64,000 bases of DNA from an uncultured Lachnospiraceae bacterium (lineage in GTDB: Bacteria > Bacillota > Clostridia > Lachnospirales > Lachnospiraceae). The notes below the pieces were generated by a model. It was not told the origin of the DNA and made no database searches. It worked only from the letters and a program-made list of their open reading frames with translations. Positions 56,522-64,000 of the stretch are shown piece by piece; the first letter of the stretch is position 1, and each line of letters begins with the position of its first letter. The position numbers and the translations under genes are program-made. The stretch is taken from positions 19,351 to 83,350 of the forward strand of contig CAJUES010000005.1 in the NCBI GenBank assembly GCA_910585765.1, given 5' to 3'.

Positions 56522-59500
56522 ATGAGTGAGGAGGACAATATGGACATAAATCGGGTAACACAGGAGCTTGACGCGCTCTTTGCACAGGAAAAAATTGACG
56601 AGATACCACAGTTTCTGGAGTCACATATTGAACAGGCCATCGAGGAAGATGCAAAGGATGTACTGTTGACTCTTTACAACGAGATCATCGGATTTTACAG
56701 GGAGACTGGGCGGTATGATCTCTCTATAGAAAACTGCCATAAGGCTGTTGCGCTTATGGATGAGATGGGGCTGCAGGACACGATCCCGTATGCGACTACG
56801 CTGTTGAATGCCGCGAATGCGCACCGCGCCGCGGGTTTGCTGCAGGAGTCACTCGAGCTGTACAATAAGGTGCGGCCGATCTATGTGGCGCAGCTCGACG
56901 AGGACGACATGTACTTTGCCAACTACTATAACAATCTCAGCCTGCTGTATCAGGAGATGAACGATTTTGCGTCGGCGAAGGAGCAGCTTGTGAATGCGCT
57001 GTACATTGTGACGCACAAGCCCGATAAGCAGTTTGAGGTGGCGGTCACGCAGGCGAACCTTGCCAACACCTGTATCGAGCTGGAGCAGGATGAGGAGGCG
57101 AAGGCGAGGGCGGAGGAGGCGATCCGCATTTTTGAGGAGATCGGTGTGGACGATGCCCACTACAGCGCGGCGCTGTCGGCGCTAGGCAGCCTGTATTATA
57201 TGGATAAGGACTATCCGAATGCGCTGAGTGTCATGGAGAAGAGCAGGGACTGCGTGGCAAAATATCTGGGGACGGACAACATCCAGTATCAAAGACTCAG
57301 TGACAATATCGGGATCATCAGGAATAAAATGAGCGAGATCGCTTTGGCGGCAGAGCAGGCATCCGGTTCAGAGGAGACGGCGTACAGTACACAGACAGCC
57401 GTTTCGGAAGAGCCGTCAGAGGGGCTGCCGTCAGATGAGGAGCTGTCCGGGGAAGCGCCGGATGCGTCTTTCGGCTGGGATATGCTGGGGGATGGATCCG
57501 CCGATGCGACCGTGCCGGAGGCGGCGGAACCTGGCGCGGAGGCTGCAGACGAGGCGCCTGCGGAACAAAAGGCGGCAGGCGGCGGATTTTCGTTTGAGGA
57601 GTTTATCAACAGCGCGTTTGCCGATGAAGGTATTGATGAAGAAAGTATTGATGAAGAAGGTATTGATGGAGACGGATCTGGTGAGGAGGGTATTGACGCG
57701 GAGGGATCTGATGTAGAAGGATCTGCCATAAACGGCTTTGCTATAGAGGGATCTAATGAAAGCGGATTTGACGCGAACGCATTTGATGCAGAAAGTGCTG
57801 CGGAGGAAGCTGCGCTGCAGGGGGAGACGGCAGTTTGCGCCGACGGGGAAGTTGCGCCTGTGGGATCGATGCCGGAAGGACTGATGCCGGAAGGCTCCTA
57901 TGAAGAACAGTCAATGCCGGAACCGATGGAAGAAGAACCGATCGAGGGATCGACGGAAGAGGGACTGACAGAGGAAGCGGTGGCAGAAGCGCCGGAGGAA
58001 GAATCGATCGAGGAAGCGTTGAAAAAAATGTTCGGAGCGGAGTCTGCCGAGGAGGAACCGCCCGAGGACACGCTCCGGGTATCGGGGCTTGAGCTGTGCC
58101 GTCGGTACTACGAGGAGTACGGCATGCCGATGATCGCAGAGCAGTTCCGCGCATACGAGTCTCTTATTGCGGTTGGACTCGTGGGGAAAGGCTCGGACTG
58201 CTTTGGGTTCGATGACGCCCTGTCGCAGGATCACGACTATGGACCGCGCTTTGTGATGTGGGTGACAAAGAGCGTCTACGAGGAGATCGGCGAGGAACTC
58301 CAGGAGGCTTATGAGAGCCTGCCAGGGCATTTTATGGGCGTTGAGCGGGTGGAGACATCCCACGGCAGGGATCGCTGCGGTGTCATGATCATAGAAGAAT
58401 TTTACAGGAATCTGCTGGGCTTTAACCTGGTGGAGATGCTTGACCGGGGCAGTGCGTCCGGCAAGGAGTCGATGGAGACGATCAAGAGCTGGCTTGCCGT
58501 GCACGACTATGCGCTCGCGGCGGCGGTGAACGGCGAAGTGTTCCGCGATGACGAGGGAGTCTTTACCAGATATCGGAATATGCTGATGGAATATTACCCC
58601 AAGGCAGTCTGGTATCGGAAGATCGCACAGACCTGTGCGCTTTTCTCCCAGAATGGGCAGTACAACCTGCCCCGCATGCGCAGGCGCGGGCAGCTCGTCG
58701 CGGCGGAGCTTGCGAAGGCGGAGTGCGCCAGGCAGGCGATGAAGCTCTATTATCTGCTGAACAGGAAGTACGCGCCGCACGACAAGTGGCTCTTCAAGGG
58801 CATGCCGGAAAATCCCAAGATGGTGCTCGCCGGCAAAGGTATCGAGCAGACCGGTGTGGCAGAGCTGGTAGAGCGGATCAGCCTGCTCTCCGTGGACGAG
58901 GCACATGAGACGGAGCTTACCACGGCGATCGAATCGCTTGCCGTGATCTTTGCAAACGAACTTGAGAAGAAGGATATGGTGGGAAAGTGCGACCTGTATC
59001 TGGACGCGTGCACAAAGGAACTCACGGCGAAGAGCGACGCGCTCCTGACGGCGATCGTCGCGAACACGCCCGTCATCACTGCGCTCTCGCTGTCCATAGC
59101 CAAGGCGGAGTTTGAGGCGTTCGACAAGGTGCAGAATGAGGGCGGAAGGGCGAGCTGCCAGAATAACTGGCAGACGTTCAAGGTCATGCGCATGAGCCAG
59201 TACATGACATGGACGGAGGATATGCTGCTGCAGTATCTGTATGAGTTCAAGACAAATTTTGCAGAAGGCAGGAATATGATAGAAGAGAAGTATGCCCGCA
59301 TGATGGAGTCGACGGCACCGCTCGAGTATGCCGGCTTTGCAGACCGGCTGCCGCCGGTCTCGGAGGAGAAGCGCGCGATCATGGAGCAGGTGATCGGACT
59401 GCAGGTGAGATGGATGGAGGAGTTTGCGGCATCGTACCCCAATCTGGCAGATGATGCGCGCAGGATCCACACGTCGGAGGATCTGCCGTATGAGACGTCG

Positions 59501-59689
59501 TATGAGACGTATCTGCGGGGAGAGCTGGGGACCTACTCCGACAGGATGCTGGAGATGTACGGGCGCTATATCGTGGCACACGCGCAGGCGGGCAAAAATG
59601 TAGCGCGTGAGATCATGGAAAACACAGTCCGTTTCTATGGATATCAGGATCTGGAGACCGCAAATATCGCCAAGCAGAATACGCGCTAG
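56522..59689 (+). CDS. TPR repeat / acidic linker / DUF4037-type nucleotidyltransferase-like / DUF4125 fusion protein
   Basis: N-terminal TPRs (ATTLLNAANA, YNNLSLLY, AALSALG); GKGSDCFGFDD..SQDHDYGP; YAPHDKW; C-terminal NEGGRASCQ...ETYLRGEL.TYS. Confidence 0.75.
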   Translation: MSEEDNMDINRVTQELDALFAQEKIDEIPQFLESHIEQAIEEDAKDVLLTLYNEIIGFYRETGRYDLSIENCHKAVALMDEMGLQDTIPYATTLLNAANAHRAAGLLQESLELYNKVRPIYVAQLDEDDMYFANYYNNLSLLYQEMNDFASAKEQLVNALYIVTHKPDKQFEVAVTQANLANTCIELEQDEEAKARAEEAIRIFEEIGVDDAHYSAALSALGSLYYMDKDYPNALSVMEKSRDCVAKYLGTDNIQYQRLSDNIGIIRNKMSEIALAAEQASGSEETAYSTQTAVSEEPSEGLPSDEELSGEAPDASFGWDMLGDGSADATVPEAAEPGAEAADEAPAEQKAAGGGFSFEEFINSAFADEGIDEESIDEEGIDGDGSGEEGIDAEGSDVEGSAINGFAIEGSNESGFDANAFDAESAAEEAALQGETAVCADGEVAPVGSMPEGLMPEGSYEEQSMPEPMEEEPIEGSTEEGLTEEAVAEAPEEESIEEALKKMFGAESAEEEPPEDTLRVSGLELCRRYYEEYGMPMIAEQFRAYESLIAVGLVGKGSDCFGFDDALSQDHDYGPRFVMWVTKSVYEEIGEELQEAYESLPGHFMGVERVETSHGRDRCGVMIIEEFYRNLLGFNLVEMLDRGSASGKESMETIKSWLAVHDYALAAAVNGEVFRDDEGVFTRYRNMLMEYYPKAVWYRKIAQTCALFSQNGQYNLPRMRRRGQLVAAELAKAECARQAMKLYYLLNRKYAPHDKWLFKGMPENPKMVLAGKGIEQTGVAELVERISLLSVDEAHETELTTAIESLAVIFANELEKKDMVGKCDLYLDACTKELTAKSDALLTAIVANTPVITALSLSIAKAEFEAFDKVQNEGGRASCQNNWQTFKVMRMSQYMTWTEDMLLQYLYEFKTNFAEGRNMIEEKYARMMESTAPLEYAGFADRLPPVSEEKRAIMEQVIGLQVRWMEEFAASYPNLADDARRIHTSEDLPYETSYETYLRGELGTYSDRMLEMYGRYIVAHAQAGKNVAREIMENTVRFYGYQDLETANIAKQNTR

Positions 59690-59746
59690 AGCATTTTTCA
59701 AACACGTTCCGGCAAAAAGGTATGACAAATGGGAGGATATGGAAAG

Positions 59747-60847
59747 ATGAGCAAGATAATTTTAACAGGTGACAGACCTACGGGGAGACTCCACATCGGA
59801 CATTATGTGGGATCGCTCCGACAGCGGGTGGAGCTGCAGGATTCCGGTGAGTACGACAAGATCTATATCATGATCGCAGATGCGCAGGCGCTCACGGACA
59901 ACATGGAGAACCCGGAGAAAGTGAGGCAGAACATCATCGAGGTTGCGCTGGATTACCTGTCGGCGGGGCTTGACCCGTCCAGATCCACGCTCTTCATACA
60001 GTCACAGATATCGGAGCTTGCGGAGCTTACATTCTACTATATGAACCTTGTCACAGTGTCCCGTCTGCAGAGAAATCCGACAGTGAAGAGCGAGATCCAG
60101 CTCAGGAATTTCGAGACGAGCATTCCGGTCGGTTTCTATACATATCCGATCAGCCAGGCTGCGGATATCACGTTCTGCAAGGCAAATGTCGTTCCGGTGG
60201 GGGAGGACCAGCTCCCCATGATCGAGCAGACGAAGGAGATCGTACACAAGTTCAACGCGGTGTACGCCCCGGATGCGCCGGTGCTCGTGGAGCCAAAGGC
60301 ACTGATACCGGAAGCGGAGGCGTGCAAGAGACTGCCGGGGACGGACGGCAAGGCGAAGATGAGCAAGTCGCTCGGCAACTGCATCTACCTTGCGGACAGC
60401 GCCGACGAGGTGCGCGCCAAGATCATGAGCATGTACACGGATCCGCTGCACCTGCAGGTCAGCGATCCCGGTCATCTGGAGGGAAATACGGTGTTCACTT
60501 ATCTGGACGCATTTGCGCGCGACGAGCATTTTGAGCGCTACTGTCCGGATTATGCAAACCTTGACGAGATGAAGGCGCACTACACAAGAGGCGGCCTTGG
60601 CGACGTGAAGGTCAAGAAGCTGCTGAACAATATCGTGCAGGAGGAGCTGGAGCCGATCCGGAAGCGGCGTGCAGTGTATGAGAAGGACATACCGGAGATC
60701 TACAATATCCTCAAGAAAGGCTCGGACGCAGCGCGGGAGGTGGCAGCACAGACACTCCGGGAGGTGAAACGTGCCATGAAGATCGACTATTTCGAGGACG
60801 CGGAGCTGATCAGGGCACAGAGTGAAAAGTACAAAGAGAACCGCTGA
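59747..60847 (+). CDS. trpS: Tryptophanyl-tRNA synthetase
   Basis: [24 protein letters not shown]. Confidence 0.97.
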   Translation: MSKIILTGDRPTGRLHIGHYVGSLRQRVELQDSGEYDKIYIMIADAQALTDNMENPEKVRQNIIEVALDYLSAGLDPSRSTLFIQSQISELAELTFYYMNLVTVSRLQRNPTVKSEIQLRNFETSIPVGFYTYPISQAADITFCKANVVPVGEDQLPMIEQTKEIVHKFNAVYAPDAPVLVEPKALIPEAEACKRLPGTDGKAKMSKSLGNCIYLADSADEVRAKIMSMYTDPLHLQVSDPGHLEGNTVFTYLDAFARDEHFERYCPDYANLDEMKAHYTRGGLGDVKVKKLLNNIVQEELEPIRKRRAVYEKDIPEIYNILKKGSDAAREVAAQTLREVKRAMKIDYFEDAELIRAQSEKYKENR

Positions 60848-60869
60848 GGGCGTTGGACAGCGTGCGGAG

Positions 60870-60897
60870 GGACATCTCACTGGAGGTGTCCTTTTTT
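60870..60897 (+). terminator. Rho-independent terminator after trpS
   Basis: GGACATCTC-ACTG-GAGGTGTCC followed by T6. Confidence 0.85.
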
Positions 60898-61049
60898 ATG
60901 CGCACTTTTGTCTGTGATCGCTATACATATTTTGGGACAGATCATGAAAAAATAAAGGAATAAGTGGTATTATATCATCACAAAAATAAAATAACAACTG
61001 TCACAGAATGCGTAAAGGCTGTTGACGGGGATAAACAGGAGGCGATCAG

Positions 61050-62150
<1,101 letters not shown>

Positions 62151-62207
62151 AAATTTCTGTCGAAAGAAACAAATTAGATAAAAATTCAGAATTTTCTGAA
62201 AATAGAC

Positions 62208-62234
62208 TTAATTTTTTGACAAATGGTTCGATAT
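62208..62234 (+). promoter_or_regulatory. Possible sigma28 (SigD/FliA)-type promoter
   Basis: TTAA-15 bp-TTCGATAT versus consensus TAAA-N15-GCCGATAW. Confidence 0.45.
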
Positions 62235-62366
62235 AATATATGAAGAGAGTTGACATAGGTTCGTGTCATAATGAAATACCATAAATCATAGATCGAATGA
62301 TTATCTTAGCGTGATCGTGTGGGGAAGGGGAGCCGCACACATCATATATAAGGGAAAGGAGCATAT

Positions 62367-62933
62367 ATGGAGGTAAGAAGTGCGAACATTGCCCTGACAA
62401 ACAGGGCAGCGGCGGCGATCGATAACTCTGGTTCGAACGGGAAGGAACAGCATCCGGCGATGAAAGTGAACAGCGCCGTCCCGGAGGAGAGTCAGGATCT
62501 GGATGAGCAGTCGGTTATGATTTCCATATCGGCAGCCGGTCTCAGGAGAAGTCTGTTGTTGGAAAAACAGGCGGAGAAGGACGAGAACAGGGACGACGAC
62601 GAGGAGGTCTTCTCCGGGGAGGCGGAGATAGAGGACATGGTGAAAAAGATGGAAGGTCTTTCCAGCCAGGTCATCAACGGGCACTTTTCCGTCTCGGACA
62701 GACTGAATTTCAACGTAGAGATCGAGAAGCTTACCAACGAGCTGAACAGATTGAGCGGCGATATCGCGTCGACAACGAAGAACGACTGCGTGCAGCTGGC
62801 ACAGCGCATCTCGGATCTGACGCGCATCATCAGCGATGCGGCTGTTTACCGTAACAGTGCGCGCACTGTGTTTATGGTCAACTCAAAGCAGCCGGCAAAT
62901 TCCATGAATGCAAGGCTCGATATCATTTTATAA
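62367..62933 (+). CDS. Hypothetical protein with a flagellin N-terminal-like helical segment
   Basis: AAGGAG RBS; EIEDMVKKMEGLSSQVINGHFSVSDRLNFNVEIEKLTNELNRLS resembles the flagellin D1 helix pattern. Confidence 0.6.
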   Translation: MEVRSANIALTNRAAAAIDNSGSNGKEQHPAMKVNSAVPEESQDLDEQSVMISISAAGLRRSLLLEKQAEKDENRDDDEEVFSGEAEIEDMVKKMEGLSSQVINGHFSVSDRLNFNVEIEKLTNELNRLSGDIASTTKNDCVQLAQRISDLTRIISDAAVYRNSARTVFMVNSKQPANSMNARLDIIL

Positions 62934-62949
62934 AAATTTGCAGATTATC

Positions 62950-63002
62950 AAATCGTCACCGTCTGGTGACGATTTTTCGTCGCCGTCTGGTGACGATTTT
63001 TT
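62950..63002 (+). terminator. Tandemly duplicated intrinsic terminator (24-bp unit x2)
   Basis: tcgtcaccgtctggtgacgatttt then tcgtcgccgtctggtgacgatttt; each is a hairpin plus U-tract. Confidence 0.8.
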
Positions 63003-63054
63003 CTTGACATTTTGGATATCCTGGCACAAGATGGTATAGGAGGAAGTGATAAGC

Positions 63055-63303
63055 ATGCGCAGGATGGATTTCAAGATGGAGCGCCCCGGACAGGTGCGGG
63101 AAGGCGATCAGGTCACTGTCACCGAGGGCGTTCTGCCGAGCAACTATTATTATACCATCAACCCGGCGGTGGCAATGTCGGGGAACATTCCGTTCCGGGA
63201 CAGGCTCAAGTCAAAGAGCGGCACGGTGGTTTCCGTCGAGGAGAACACAAGAGGATACTATGTCACCGTGGAGTTTGACGAGGAGGAAGTGCAGCGGTTA
63301 TAG
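63055..63303 (+). CDS. Small hypothetical protein
   Basis: AGGAGG RBS; 82 aa beta-rich ORF (track start GTG63046). Confidence 0.6.
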   Translation: MRRMDFKMERPGQVREGDQVTVTEGVLPSNYYYTINPAVAMSGNIPFRDRLKSKSGTVVSVEENTRGYYVTVEFDEEEVQRL

Positions 63304-63348
63304 AAGTTTCAGTCTATAATAATCATTTACAATAAGGAGGAGATCAAC

Positions 63349-63726
63349 ATGAAAAAAATCAGTACAGACAAGGCGCCGGCGGCGATCGGACCTTACTCAC
63401 AGGCTATTGCTGCGGGAGGATTCCTGTTTGCATCCGGTCAGATCCCGATCAACCCGGCTACAGGCAGCGTGGAAGCCGAGGGCATCGCGGCACAGGCGGA
63501 GCAGTCCATGATCAATGTGGGCGAGATATTGAAGGCGGCGGGCGCGACCTACGACAACGTGGTCAAGACGACTTGTTTTCTGGCGGACATAGCGGATTTT
63601 GCGGCATTCAATGAGGTGTACGCAAAGTATTTCACCCGGAATCCAGCCAGGAGCTGCGTGGCAGTGAAGGATCTGCCAAAGGGCGTGCTCTGTGAGGTTG
63701 AAGTCATCGCCTGCCTGGAACAATAG
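63349..63726 (+). CDS. ridA: RidA/YjgF family reactive intermediate deaminase
   Basis: APAAIGPYSQ, SGQIP, FAAFNEVY, PARSCV, EVEVIA. Confidence 0.93.
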   Translation: MKKISTDKAPAAIGPYSQAIAAGGFLFASGQIPINPATGSVEAEGIAAQAEQSMINVGEILKAAGATYDNVVKTTCFLADIADFAAFNEVYAKYFTRNPARSCVAVKDLPKGVLCEVEVIACLEQ

Positions 63727-63770
63727 GACAGTCGGCAAACGGAAATGACGGGGAGTTGAGAGCCTTGAGA

Positions 63771-64000
63771 ATGAAAAATATAGTATTGATCGGCATGCCC
63801 GGCGCTGGCAAGAGCACGATCGGGGTCGTCCTTGCGAAAAACAGGGGCATATCTTTTGTGGATTCGGATCTGGTGATACAGGAGCAGGAGGGCAAGAGGC
63901 TCCACGAGCTGATCGAGGAGCACGGGATGGACGGTTTTCTGGAGATCGAGGGGCGTGTGATCGCATCCCTCAATCCAAAGACTGCGGTGATCGCGACAGG
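63771..64000 (+). CDS. aroK: Shikimate kinase (5' part, truncated by window end)
   Basis: Not in the ORF track; ATG63771 reads MKNIVLIGMPGAGKSTIG...FVDSD...F..IE...VIATG. Confidence 0.85.
   Translation, partial: MKNIVLIGMPGAGKSTIGVVLAKNRGISFVDSDLVIQEQEGKRLHELIEEHGMDGFLEIEGRVIASLNPKTAVIAT

Noticed and set aside
57911..59728. Long minus-strand ORFs (also 41247-42833, 6973-8508, 52186-53640, 20005-21285 and others)
   Set aside because: Antisense shadows of well-supported + strand genes, expected with high-GC codon bias; no recognisable motifs.
59690..59746. T-box leader for trpS
   Set aside because: Spacer is only about 57 nt and has no T-box motif.
62216..62272. Two TTGACA...TATAAT/CATAAT pairs as sigma-A promoters
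   Set aside because: Spacing is only 10-11 bp, incompatible with sigma-A; a regulator site (TGACA-N8-TGTCA) cannot be excluded.
63727..63770. GGCAAAC...GAAA suggestive of a c-di-GMP riboswitch
   Set aside because: Spacer too short and the second stem is absent.

Overview
GC-rich chromosomal segment of a spore-forming Firmicute (gene content and style suggest Lachnospiraceae; inference). All credible genes lie on the + strand. About 50 kb (1-49.9 kb) is one large cell-wall glycopolymer locus. Its left part is a decoration region with four to five predicted GT-C-type membrane glycosyltransferases, three GtrB/DPM-like GT2 enzymes, an uncharacterised FAD-oxidoreductase / NAD-epimerase / TIM-barrel isomerase module, a YdjC deacetylase, an SGNH lipoprotein and an ArnE/F-like small transporter pair. 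Its right part is an ABC-transporter-dependent, probably rhamnan-type polymer pathway: rmlB/A/C interleaved with two membrane-anchored GH25 lysozymes, wzm/wzt, a methyltransferase-kinase-like chain terminator, several GT2s, pgm, gtrA, a second priming transferase and an LCP ligase. Housekeeping genes follow (glmS, htrA, clpX, trpS, spoVAD, ridA, partial aroK), together with a TPR/nucleotidyltransferase-like(DUF4037)/DUF4125 fusion protein and a small flagellin-N-like protein behind a sigma28-like promoter. No rRNA, tRNA, CRISPR array, prophage or IS element was recognised. Domain names come from motif recognition by eye, not database searches.
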